From Podarcis pityusensis (lineage: Eukaryota), in NCBI GenBank assembly GCA_964106645.2, contig OZ067051.1: a stretch of 64,000 nucleotides of DNA. One strand, written 5' to 3'. The notes beneath the pieces were generated by a model. That model had not been told where the DNA came from. It was given only the letters and a program-made list of their open reading frames with translations, and made no database searches. Numbering within the stretch: position 1 is the stretch's first letter; every line of letters starts with the position of its first letter. A program made the translations under genes and the position numbers. Of the stretch, positions 12,640 through 24,916 are shown piece by piece.

Positions 12640-13095
12640 CACAACCCTCCGGTCGAGGCTGGCTCCCAGCCCCCGGTTTGGACCCTCGGAGGTGGGCGCG
12701 TCTCCAATCTCCCTCCCTCCCACCCAGGCAGCTGAACTTCCCAGCTTCCAGAGGCACCCGAGAGCAGACCCGAGCAGCTCATCTCCGCCGCGTCTCACCT
12801 GCGGGGCCGCGGTTGACGCTGAGAGCCGGCTGGGGCTGCATGGCGAGGCTGGCGAGGGCGCAGCTCCTACTGCGGGATGCCGCGGCTGGCTCTGCTCTGC
12901 CCCGGCCGCTCCAGCCCGCCCCCGGCCGGCCGCCACGCCTTCGCCAGGCTCGGGTTGCAATACGCGCCCGCCGCCCCGCGAGCTCGAGGCGCCCCCTGCA
13001 GGTTATTCGCCGCCCTGCCGCGCCACTCGCCCGCCGCTCCCTGCCCTGCAGCGGCCCCTGCCGGCAGCAAGCGTAGGAGCAGGCGGGCGTAACCC
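12640..13095 (-). promoter_or_regulatory. SCNN1G: CpG island: probable SCNN1G promoter and non-coding exon 1 (candidate donor CAG|GTGAGA at 12799/12798)
   Basis: Dense CpG/GC tract ~5 kb upstream of exon 2, with GC boxes and a consensus minus-strand donor; mammalian SCNN1G has a non-coding first exon. Confidence 0.65.
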
Positions 13096-13950
13096 TGGTC
13101 CAGCGGTGGAACAGAAAGAAAGGATTATGGTGTTTGTTTGTTTGTTTGTTTGTTTGAAAGAAGGAAAGAAAGAAAGTCTTGATCCATATCGTCAAAGTGG
13201 AGGAGCAGCTTTATATTATGCTGCCTTGATTTGCTTCATGGTTATGTAGTTATTTAAAATACCTTTAGCCCTTTCTTAAGGGTGGAACCCCACCCCGGGG
13301 GATGTTACATAGTTTGAAGCTATATAATACAGCTGCAGATATATATCAGTTAGAAAAGGCAAAAGAATGCAAGGAAGCATCCACCCTCTTTGAAAAAGAC
13401 AATCCAGTACTCAACTACAGCCAAAGCCAACCAACAATTGAAAAGAAGATCAAACTCAGGAAAAAGCCAGTGAAAAGAAGGGAGTCTTTACCCCCCCTGC
13501 CAGCCTGGTGCCCTCCAGCTGTTTTGGACTACAACTCCTATCAGCCCCTTGAAGCAACATGGTCCCCTGTCTCCCTCCTGTCTAACCTATATGCTCTCAG
13601 AGATGGGCAAGTGAGGCAAGGTAGAGGTGAGATGGACCTTTGAATAATTTGGTCCAAACCATTTAAGATTTTAAAGGTCAAAAGCATCACTTCAGAGTAG
13701 ACCAAGAAAATTGTCAGAAGAAGAAACAAACATTTTTCATCCCATAAATATTCTGGGTTTGGGGTTTATTCCTGTCCCTTGCTTTTGTTGCAGGATAGTG
13801 CAGAAGTTGGCAATAATATGGTAACATTGGGGAAAGCAAATTATAAAGCAGAATGGAGGGTCTAGTATAAACCACCAGTAATGTGCTTACATTGATTATA
13901 TCAACGATGTGTCACAAAATACTCCCCTGCCCCCACAAAAGAGTCTGGAG

Positions 13951-14192
13951 CAGGGGTAGACAACCTAAGACCCAGGGGCTGGATGCGGCCCAATTGCCTT
14001 CTCAATCCGGCCCGTGGACGGTCCGGGAATCAGCGTGTTTTTACATGAGTAGAATGTGTGCTTTTATTTAAAATGCATCTCTGGGTTATTTGTATGGCAT
14101 AGGAATTCGTTCATTCCCCCCCAAATCCAGCCCACCACATGGTCTGAGGGATGGTGGACCGGCCCATGGCTGAAAAAGGTTGCTGACCCCTG
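13951..14192. mobile_element. hAT-type MITE
   Basis: CAGGGGTAGACAACC...GGTTGCTGACCCCTG; perfect 8-bp TSD GTCTGGAG; homologous to 41448-41704. Confidence 0.88.
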
Positions 14193-15627
14193 GTCTGGAG
14201 AGACCCATAGAAAACTGACTTGGGGTTTGTAAGCAAACTGTATTTGGGTGGGCTGGCTGTTTCTCTGCATCAATCCCATGTGGCAGCAGAGGATCTTAGG
14301 CACTTCAAAACTCCAGCTATGCTCAACTTGTAGACAAATTCAAATATTACAAAACATCACAAATCTCTTGTGACCTCCTTCCAAAGGCAACCAGGCACAG
14401 GAAACCACTGATTCCGTGGAACATGCCACCAGACAAGCAGGAGTGAGCATAGCCATTGGACATTTAGAATGGAAAGATAGACGAGGAGAGCGTGGGAATT
14501 TCCCATCCAAATAAGTCCATAAGTAGTCCATAAACAAGGGGAATATGGGATTTCTTTACCTATGTGAATACTCAGCAGGGATAGTTCTCAATCCTACAGT
14601 TTTGGAACTGTATAATTGGAGATATATATTGATGGTGAGGCATTTCTACAACGAGGCAAAGAAGGAAAACAAGGGCCCCCCTCTTTTGGCTGAAGAAGGT
14701 AGTAAAAATGTTCCAAATAAATGATTCAGTGTAGTGTGTCATTAATATTTTCTCTCAGCCTACAATAACTGTGGTTGTATGAGATATGGTGAATGCTGAC
14801 ATTCACATGAAGGTTAACAGCCCTCAGGCAAATGCTGGGAATGTTTGCAAACTCCGAAATGCTGGCGATTGTTTGAAAAACATAGGATTGAATAATGAAT
14901 TATGTGTGTGTGAGTGAGTGTGCCATTCACAAGACCTATCTTGGACTGTTAGTTTTTAAGTGCTACAAGACTCTTTATTGTTTTTGTGGCAACAGACTAG
15001 CACAGCTGCTCTTCTGAAATGTGAATTTAACATTTGCTACGTTTGAGGTTTTCAGTTTAACATATGCAGATACCACTGGAGGGTGGTTCATTAGGGTGAG
15101 CCTTGGTCTGCCCTGTCCAGCCCTGCCTTCTGACAACAAGTCCAGAGGGTAGCAATGCCTATCAAGTTCCTCCTCTATAGCCCCAGTTCTGCCCTTGTAG
15201 AACTCAGCAGTTCTACACTGAACTCACGCATTGGCTCTGGCTCCCCCTACTGTTGACCTCCTTCCTTAAACTCTACCAGACTCTGTGAACAACAGCCACC
15301 CACTGACTGATACATAAATATATGTGATAACTTCAGCAGTGTCACCCAACCACATAACACACTGTAAAGCAGTGGGAGTCTGATCACTCCCAAATCATCT
15401 GCTTCTTGTTTTTAATAGCTCCCATGTGGTTCATCGATGCCTTTACAGTTGCAAAGCAGGAGGAGGGCACATTCAAGATCTGTAAAGACTGAAGGCATAA
15501 CTGAAGTTGGGTGAAGCTGCAGCTTGTCTTCATACCCTTGCAGCAGCCTCTGCTGAAGATGCCAAGGGTTATCTCCAAAACAGCAGTGCATCACAGGAAC
15601 ACATCAGACAACCTTCAAGCAGTAAAG

Positions 15628-15831
15628 CAGAGCTTTCCAAACTTTTCATGTTGGTGACATGCTTTTTAGAAGTCCATCATTTTGCGACACAGCCATTCAG
15701 TTTTACTAGCAAACCGAAGGTTAAATGAACTCCTTTCCAGCCCCTGGAGGAGCGCGGGGAGCATTTGCACAACACACCTACACATTGCAGCCAACACACT
15801 AATGTGTAGCGAAACAGTTTTGAAAGCTCTG
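15628..15831. mobile_element. hAT-type MITE
   Basis: TIR CAGAGCTTTC...GAAAGCTCTG; perfect 8-bp TSD CAGTAAAG. Confidence 0.88.
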
Positions 15832-16197
15832 CAGTAAAGGAAGTGTTGCTCTATAGGGAAGAACTAGGAGCACTGATGTTGCTGGAGCCAGCGATGCTGC
15901 AAATGTGTGCGCGTGGGGATTGCTGTGTTTGCTGGTAGAGGCTGGTCCAAGACATTTTGTTGCCGGAGGCAAAGGGCAAGATGGCACCTCCCTCCCAAGT
16001 TCAGAAGGTAACTGGATTGAGAAGGGACTTGAACTCAACACTGACAACAGGATAGCAGCACACCTGAAGGCTGCTGTTCAGGGGGGTGCAGGACAGGCCC
16101 TGTGGAACACCTGCTTTTGCCCTCCAACAAAAGCAGTGGTCGCACCCGCCTTGCTCAGGGAAAGCTCCCTGGGCAAGGGCGGGTGTAGCAATCTAGT

Positions 16198-17450
16198 ATG
16201 GCAGCAACAATCACAGAGAACAATGGCTCTTAAAGTGAACCACTCAGTGGGATCAGGTGTTAAACAGGGTTGTGTTATTGCCCCAACTCTATTCATTATT
16301 TTCATTCCATGATCCTACGCTTTGTCAAAGGGAAACTCCCCACTGCAGTAGAAATCATATATTGAACAGATGGAAAGCTCTTCAGTCTGAGCAGGCTGAA
16401 AGCAAAGAGTAAGGTTACTGTAACTTCCGTCATAGAGCTTCAGTATGCTGATGACAACGTAGTGTGTGCACGCTCAGAGGATGACCTCCAAACCATCCTA
16501 AATATCTTTGCAGCTTACAAAAAGCTTGGCCTATCACTCAACATCCAAAAAACCAAAGTGATGCACCAACAAGTACAAAATAACCCCTCTGCAGCACCAC
16601 AAATCTAACTCGATGGTGTCACGTTGGAAAATATCCATCACTTCTCCTACCTAGGCAGTTATCTTTCCACAAGGGGCCAACATTGATGTCGAAATCAACT
16701 ATCGCCTGAGCTCTGCGAGTACGACTTTCTCCTGAATAAAGTGCAGAGTGTTTGAGGACCGGGACATTCGCAGGGAAACCAAAATGTTTGTTTACAAAGC
16801 TATTGTACTGCCAACCTTACTATATGCTTGTGAAACATGGACCACTTATAAACGCCATCTCCAACTCCTTGAAAGATTCCATCAACGGTGGCTCCGAAAA
16901 ATTTTACACATCACTTGGGAAGACAGGCGAACTAATATCAGCGTACTAGAAGAAGCAAAGATCACCAGTGCTGAAGCAATGATTCTTCAACATCAACTTC
17001 GTTGGACTGGTCATGTTGTGTGGATGCCCGATGATCGTCTTCCAAAGCAACTACTCTATTCCGAACTTAAAAATGGAAAGCGTAATGTTGGTGGTCAACA
17101 AAAGAGGTTTAAAGACTGTCTCAAGGCAAATCTTAAAAAATATAGTATAAACACTGACAACTGGGAAACACTGGCCTGCGAGCACTCCAACTGGAGAACA
17201 GCCTTTACCAAAGGTGTCATGGGCTTTGAAGACACTCGAACTCAGGACGCAAGGGAGAAACGTGCTAAGAGGAAGGCACGCTTGGCAAATCCTCACCTTG
17301 TTCAACTCCCGACTGGAAACCAATGTCCCCACTGTCGAAGGACGTGTGGAACCAGAATTGGCCTCCACAGTCACTTACGGACTCATTGTTAAAACCGTGT
17401 TTATGGAAGACAATCTTATTCGGCTACGAGTGATGACCAAAGAGAAGAGA
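16198..17450 (+). mobile_element. 5'-truncated, degraded RTE-clade LINE with a C-terminal C2H2 finger (distinct from BovB)
   Basis: GVKQGCVIAPTLF; QYADD at ~16441; YKAIVLPTLLYACETW; LRWTGHV; CPHCRRTCGTRIGLHSHLRTH; stops and frameshifts. Confidence 0.9.
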
Positions 17451-17539
17451 GAATGTTTGCATGCTAGCTACTTTATTTATTTATGGCCACGATAATTCCG
17501 TCTCTGTGGAGAAAAAGGCAACTCCTGGCTTCCCTGTGA

Positions 17540-18037
17540 GCTCCCTGAGGCGACGGAGGTTTTGGCGGGAAGTCCCGAGGAGCCGAGCAAGAGGAAACAG
17601 GCTCGGGCCTGGGCCTTCGCGAGCCAGCGCCGAGGGGTACTGGGCCGCACTGAAAGCTGCCCGCCTGGCAAGAGTGGCCGAAGAAGCCGCCGCCGCCCCT
17701 TTACGCTATTTGCCTCTCTTCTTCACTGAGGGAGACGGAGGAGGGGGAAAGAGGCCTTTGCCAGGACCAAAGATGGCGGCGGCCGCGAGAAGGGTAGGCC
17801 GGCTGGTCTCGCGGTTGCCCGCAACCAGCATGGCGGCGCCGGCTTCCTGCGTGCCCGTCTCGCCGCGCGGGCTCCGCCCCGCCCGCCGCCGCCTCAGCCT
17901 GAGCAGCAGCAAGAGGAGGAGGAGGAGGCGCAGCTCCGGCTCCTGGACGGCTGTGCCGCCGGTGAAGCTCCCAGGCGCGGAGGCTGGGCTGCGGCGGCGG
18001 GGATGAGGCGGTGGTAGGCCCGAGGGGAGAGGGCGCC
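17540..18037 (+). promoter_or_regulatory. USP31: USP31 CpG-island promoter / 5'UTR
   Basis: CpG island continuing through exon 1; YY1-type AAGATGGCGGC (17770-17780), RFX X-box-like GTTGCCCGCAAC (17814-17825), GC boxes at ~17874-17885. Confidence 0.8.
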
Positions 18038-18847
18038 ATGTCGGGCCGGGCGAGTGGCGCTGCGGCGGTGGCGGCCCCGGTGCTGCCCGCCGCCGCTTCG
18101 CCGGTGGTGGTGGCGGCGGCGGCCAAGGAGAAGCGCTCCTTCAGCAAGCGGCTGCTCTTCCGGGGCCGGGTGGGCGGCGGCGGCGGGTCCGGCACTGGGG
18201 GCTCGGGCTCCTCCTCCTCCAGGTCGCTGGGCGGATTCATGAGCCGCGTGCTGAAGACGCTCTCGACGCTCTCCCACCTGGGCACCGAGCACGGGCCCGC
18301 CGCCACCACCGCCCGCCACGGACACCCCCCCGGCGGCAGCAGCCTGGGCCGCTGCTTCCAGCCCAGCCCGGAGCCCGAGCCGCCGCCTCCCCCGTCGCCG
18401 CCGCCGCCTCCGCAGCCTCCCGCCACCCAGGAGCTGATCTCGCCGCCGCCACCGCCGCCGCCGCCGGGCTCCTCGGCGGGGTCGCTGCTGCTGCCGGCCG
18501 TGCCCGGCGTGGCGGGGCTGCGCAACCACGGCAACACGTGCTTCATGAACGCCATCCTGCAGTGCCTCAGCAACACCGAGCTCTTCGCCGAGTACCTCGC
18601 CCTCGAGCAGTACCGCGCCGCCAACGCCGCAGAAGCCGGGGACGGAGGCAGAGGCGCCGGCGGAGAGGAGGAGGAGGAGGAAGAGGAGGGCGGCGGCGGC
18701 GAGAGGGACGTGCCAGCCGTGGCCCCCGCCCGCCCGCCGGAGCCCGCCCCGGACAACTGCAAGGGCGAGGTGACGGAGCAGCTGTCGCACCTAGTGCGGG
18801 CCCTCTGGACGCTCGAGTATACGCCGCAGCACAGCCGGGAGTTCAAG
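18038..18847 (+). CDS. USP31: USP31 exon 1 (N-terminus and Cys box GLRNHGNTCFMNAILQCL)
   Basis: gccATG; KEKRSFSKRL, FMSRVLKTLSTLSHL and GEVTEQLSHLVRALWTLEYTPQHS match USP31; AAG|GTGAGG donor; 810 nt. Confidence 0.96.
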
Positions 18848-20577
18848 GTGAGGGGCTCTCCCGCTCCTCTGCCGGCTCCTAGCAGCCCCTCCGCAGGGGA
18901 AGCATCTAATCTGGCCAGGGTCCCCTTTTCAGAAGCACCAAGAGCAGCAGCAGGGCCAGTGCATCGAGACCTGCAGCACCTAAAAATAATCATCAGATGC
19001 CCTGCTTGCTTGGAAGGCATGCTGCGCTGTGACCTGGGTGCTCTTGGCAAAGGTGTCATTCCCTTGGGTTAGAGCTGACATTAAGACTGTAAGCTCTTTG
19101 GGGCAGGGAGGTGCATTGGTTGTTCTTAGGAAGCTCCCTCACTGGCACTGATGGCAGTGTGTTAATGATTTGTGGTGGCTTCCAGAGGTGGTATATTCCA
19201 GCATCACAGGTACAGGTGCTGAGATCTGGCGGTGGAAAAGTGATACCTTTGTTTAATTCCTAGTTCAAGTCGGCACCCCAACTTAAGGTGCCTCTGTCAA
19301 TCAGTACTTGCATAGATGATTTTTTTCTTTCTACATATAGGCTGACTGAAAGGAAACCTCTGAGCAGATGCAGAGTGCCATTTGTGATAACTGTAGTTTT
19401 CCTTCTGTTCCAGGGGTGAGCTCTGAGGATTCTTGACTCATATTAAGACCGGCAGTGAATGAAGAATAGCAGAAAATACCTGTTTGGAATCTCCTTCAGG
19501 TGTTATCTGCAATTCTTATTGAGTGAGATGAGAGAAACAGTTCCGTTTACATCGTTTAAATATGTTACTTGTTCCATAGGAGGGTATAAAGTTTGGAGTT
19601 GCACAGAGAATTCTGTCATACCGAATAGAGGAGGGGCTACTTCCTAGGATCATAAGAGATGGACTCCCACCCAGCTTAGTTCAGTAATCTTCACCATTCC
19701 TGGCATATGGGTGGCCATCCACTGCTTAAATGCCTCAAGTGTGGGAGAACCCACCAGCACTACCTGTGCTGCTCCCCAGTAGCCTTTTGTGTTGCAATAT
19801 TTCTTTTAATGCTCAGTCAAAATTTGCTTCCTTGCAGTTTCTACCTATCAGTTCTAGTCCTGCTCTGTGGAGCAACAAAGAATGAGTTTGTTCCATCTTC
19901 TTCATGGCAGAATGTTCAGGTATTTAGCACTGGTATGATTCTTAGTTAAACACACGTGTTTCTGGTAGTTCATAGACAGTAGCCCTGATTCCCTCTCTGC
20001 ATAGAACCTTGGAAGCAGCCCAGTGCTGAATTAGGTTATTGGTTCATCTCACTCAGTATTGTCTACACTGACTGGCAGTGGCTCTTCTGGGTCTAAGGCA
20101 GGAGACGTTCTCAGCCCTACCTGGAGATGCTGGGGGTTGAACTGAAGAGGTCCTTCTGCATGCTAACCAGATGTTCTACCACCTAGCTGCAACCTTTCCC
20201 CAAAGGCACAGCATCCTCTGCAGGCTTTGGTCTTGGCTGTGTAGAGAGCTGTGACTAGTGAGTTAGTTCATGCCCAAGATCCCTAAAAACTTGTGTGGAA
20301 AGATAAGTTTGGTGTGTGTATCAGAAAGAAAGAGACATACATGCTAGTCAGTACTCCTGGCTTATGAATAACACCTGATAAATGATGCTTCATAGTTGAC
20401 TCTTATCATACCAAGACCCTGCCTATGACTGTGATGCCTACTCTGCCTTCTTTTAATATTGGGTGATGGAAAAACTGCAACTTCACACAGCTCTGTTGTC
20501 AATTGGGTTTTGTTTTTTTGAGGCAAAGCTGGTGGCTGCCTTGTTAACTCAAATTGGAGACAAGTAATTGTATAGGA

Positions 20578-20932
20578 GGGACATGGGTGACGCTGTGGGT
20601 TAAACCACTGAGCCTAGGACTTGCCGATCAGAAGGTCGGCAGTTCGAATCCCCGCGACGGGGTGAGCTCCCGTTGCTCAGTCCCTGCTCCTGCCAACCTA
20701 GCAGTTCGAAAGCACACCAGTGCGAGTAGATAAATAGGTACCGCTCCGGCAGGAAGATAAATGGCATTTCTGTGCGCTGCTCTGGTTCGCCAGAAGCGGC
20801 TTAGTCATGCTGGCCACATGACCCGGAAGCTGTACGCCTGCTCCCTCGGCCAAAAAAGTGAGATGAGCGCTGCAACCCCAGAGTTGGCCACAACTGGACC
20901 TAATGGTCAGGGGTCCCTTTACCCTTTACCTT
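20578..20932 (+). mobile_element. Sauria SINE
   Basis: tRNA-like head, (ACCTTT)-type tail, 13-bp TSD TAATTGTATAGGA. Confidence 0.9.
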
Positions 20933-23900
20933 TAATTGTATAGGAACAATTGATCTAGTCTTGTTTCCTACTTACCCTTTTGGTAGATGACAAGCAGTGC
21001 AATCCTAAGCATGCCTACTCAGAAGTAAACCCTATTTAATTCAATGTGACTTACTCTTAGTTAAGTGGGGGTAGGAGTTCAGCCTTAGTTAGCAAAGTTC
21101 TGGGTTGGAAAATGGTTGGGCTTGGTCAACAGATTAGTCATTTATTTTCTCTTGATTTTTTTTTTCAGGGTGGGGGGCTGCTCTTCCACTTTGTACCCTC
21201 TGGTCATGGATGAGGCTTCCTGGCTGCTCAACAAGGGCTGCTTAGAATGGACCTTGCTTCCAGGGTACTGTTTGTTTATGATTTGGTGCTTGGGACAATG
21301 AGGAGATTGTTCATTGCTTGTTTTTAATGATTGGATCAGGAGAATATGGAACACTTTTCAGCAGAGCTGCTTCTCTTTTAATCTCATGATGTTGGAAAAC
21401 AAGTGGGGTGCCAGGTTTCAGGAGGCCACCCACTGTTTACAAGAGCCAAGAGTCTACTGTTGTGTGCAAGAAAAGAGGGAGTCCGGGTTTGTCCCTTGCA
21501 AACTATGAGGTCAAATTGCCATAAACAGTGGATCTAGTGCAGCTATACTGGTTCAAGCTCAACAAGGCCTGTTAATGTTCTCAGTGGATTGCTGAGATTT
21601 TGAAAAGGGCGTAACTGTTTGTGTGATATTTGCCATTTCTTAGAGTGAATTGATTCAGTCTTGTTTCAGCAATTTTGATCACCAGTGGAAGAGACTTACT
21701 TAAATTATTATTCTAACATTTGTTCTAATTGTTTCAAAAACAACTTTGATCATGTTGTATTTCAGATTTTTCCTTAGAAAGTGTGTTTATTTGTGGTTGC
21801 CAGCATTAAACCTCACAGAAGCAGAGTTTTTGCACTTTCTAGGCATTAGTTGTCGAAATACTTGCACAGATCCCATATGGGGGAGGAGAACAACTGTGAA
21901 ATTAATAAAAGAGGAGGAATCCATGTTGGTTCATTGTGGGCAATGCCTTTATTAAGACCAGCCAAAATGTCATAAAATAGTGATCATGCTATTAAGGGAT
22001 TAATTACTCTCTACTTCTCGGTACACATGCAAGGGTACTTGTCAATACCTTTTTGCTTGAAGATTTATTTGAATAGGTTTGAACATTGAATATTTCCTCC
22101 ACTTACTGTGTGCCCTAGCTGCCTACCAGGGATGGGACATAATGTGTTTCTTAGGCAGTTCATGGGTGCAGCTGTTGCACCATGGATATTGTAACATGGC
22201 TCACTCTGCCTACAGAATGGCTGCAGTTATCAGCCAATAGCCACTGGGATTATTTATGGTTCTTGCCAGGATGCTCTGGGACCTACTGTGTTAATGGGCA
22301 GGCTGTTAAATAAACTGTGTTAAGGGCTCAAGCTGGCCAGTTCCTCCCCTCTTCCTTTTAGCTGACACCATTGACATTCTGTGGCTCAGCTGCCCTCAAC
22401 TTTCCGAAGGTCCTGGAAGCTCATTGCACCCTGTTGCTTTATTCTTATCAAACGAATACACTGCAGTTATCCTCCTGAGTATGAAGGAATCCTTACCTTG
22501 TTTTTCTTCCAAACTGGTGGGCATGGAAATAACCATCCCGGTCAGATTTAAACAAAACCCACAGATTTCTATCCAAACTGTTCCTTCCTGAAGCTTTAGA
22601 ATGGCACCAAATTTGACATGGTGTTTTGAGCAGGAATGGTGACTGTTGTTAGGTTGCCTGGGGAAGAGATAGTTGCTGCTTAGAGCCTGGTGACAACTTA
22701 AAGGCTAACATGTTTATTGTAGCCTAAGCTGGTGAAGTGGGCTTTCTGCTTGGTCTTTAAGGAGCCACAAGAGTTTGGGATGTTGGCTGCAGCAGACCAG
22801 CATGGCTGCTACTCTGGAAACAGCTGTTCAGAGGCTTCACTTTCATGTGGTGCTTTACTTTCTTAGGATCTTCCTGCTGAAGACGGGGAGCAATTTATTC
22901 TTGGAAACAGAACTGAAAGGCAGTTTCTAACCATAAAGGATGGATGAGTGGATGAATGAATAAATAGAGAGGAAAAAAGAGGAAACTGATCTTACTTTAT
23001 CTCGGGGGAAATAATCTGTCTGGTTTTTCTCCAAAGAGCTGAAACATGGCAGTCATGCTACTAGCCAGGGTGGATAAAAATAATTTCAAAAAAAGTGATA
23101 AGATTTTTTCCTTGATAAGCATTTCCCTTTTAAGAATACCCTAATGTAAAATCAAATGTAAATGTAATGTAGACTCAGCTTGTGACACTTAAGAAACGTC
23201 ATCAAATCTGCTTGTAAAGAAAGAACTGGAAGGTGATAGATACCCTTGCTGGTCATTGTGCAGCACAATTGTTCATGCACTTATTAAGGCTTGATTAAAG
23301 CTCAGCAGGAAAGCCAGCCTCAGCCTGTGGGCTAGTGCTAGCTTTCTTGGCACTGAAGTGAATCTTTTGTGATTTTCTGTAATTCTGGGTTTCCAGTTTT
23401 TGGAGGGGGACAGCAGTTTTGTTACCACAGATTCTATGGTGTCTGCTTTATGTTTATTGTAGCAACTTTGAATATTTAGTGGAGCTTTTAAACTATTAAA
23501 TACGGTTCACAAGGTCAGAAACTCAAGTGGGCATTTGCTGTATCAATGGTGATAGGTCTTATGCAGGGTCCCCACTGGTTTGCTGAAGCTGCATCACAGA
23601 AATAGTTACTTCGCTTGAACCAAATGCACAAGAAGAAGATGGATGAGAAGAGGTTCATGGCACTGTGAACTTTAAAACTCTTTAAGGTCTTTGCGGCTAC
23701 AGAATATTGGCACATTGAGGCCTGTTATGTGCTCCAGTCAGTGGCTGGATGCTCGACCACTTCTTTCTTCTCTTTTTGAGGAAGCTGGTTGCCTGTAGTG
23801 GTGGAATTTTGCCACTTCCACCTTGAGCAGTTGGTTGTGGGGTGCTTTCCTTCTCAGAAGACAGCAGCTGTAGCTGTGGTTGGGAGGTACATTCTTTCCA

Positions 23901-24778
23901 CACTTCCTTGCCTGCCGGCCTCCTTACTCATGCTGCTGCCCCCCTCCTGCTACTGTTCCCCACCAGGAGGAGGAGGAGATGGCGGCAGTGATTACATGGT
24001 GAGCCTGGCGGGCTTTAGCACATACCAACATTATATTTCTTCACATGTTACACAACTGCACGTACATCAGGAAACAGAGCTAGAAGCATGGCTTTAGTAC
24101 TGGGCCTTGTTACCATAGACCTGTGCGTTGCCTACATGTCCTTTTTATTTTGTGCTGTTCCCCTTGAGAGAAGGAGGGAGGAGAGGATGTGCAGTCCTCC
24201 TTGCAAAGGAGTGGAAGCCCTTTTTAAACTGTTCAGGAGAATGCTGCCAAAGAATGGCTTCTCTTTCCATTTCCAGGGTGCCTCTACCCAGTATGGAAAG
24301 CTGGATAGTTTATTCTGTTAGGAGGGTAGCTTCTGTATGTCATATGCTGGAGCAAAATGAGAGTCTTGTAGTAATGTAAAGTCTATCTAATTTATTATGT
24401 CATGGACTAGAAAGCCTCTGCCATATTAAATTTGTTAGTCTTTCAGGTGCTTTTAAGGCTCTCTTGTTGAGCTGGTTTCCTTCTCAGTGTGGCAGGAGCA
24501 GGGAAGGAGCGAAATGCCTGCGGTTGAATAACCATGTACCAGCAACTGCTTGTTCACACTAATCCATAGCTTGTTTTAAATATGGTTTAATGTGATGTGC
24601 TAACTAGAACACTATGTGGAAAGCAGATGGGAATACGGTTCATTATTTAATTGAATGTTATCATTTTGTAATGAATGGAGTCCCTGAATGAACAATGCAA
24701 AACTAAAATACATGGTCCTGGAAAATGCTTACAGTAATTGTTATTACTGTTACTTCCTTTTCCCTTCTAAATGGAGAT

Positions 24779-24916
24779 CAGGTGTGTGGAATGTCTGGCC
24801 CTCCAGATGTTGCTGAACTACAGCTCCCATTATCGCATGCCATTGTCCATGCATGTTGGAGCTGATGGCAGTTGCCGTTCAGCAACACCTGGAGGGCCAA
24901 AGGTTCCCCACCCTTG
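24779..24916. mobile_element. Short palindromic MITE (same family as 54759-54897)
   Basis: Long imperfect inverted repeat CTCCAGATGTTGCTGAACTACA...TTCAGCAACACCTGGAG. Confidence 0.7.

Noticed and set aside
12544-13249. Several 130-210 aa ORFs on both strands
   Set aside because: Stop-codon scarcity in a CpG island; Pro/Ala/Arg-rich with no recognisable family.
7650-17500. Glucocorticoid/mineralocorticoid response element for SCNN1G
   Set aside because: No convincing AGAACAnnnTGTTCT palindrome seen by eye; a PWM scan would be needed to exclude weak sites.
17701-19059. 452-aa and 298-aa antisense ORFs over USP31 exon 1
   Set aside because: Mirror frames of a very GC-rich coding exon; low complexity, no domain.
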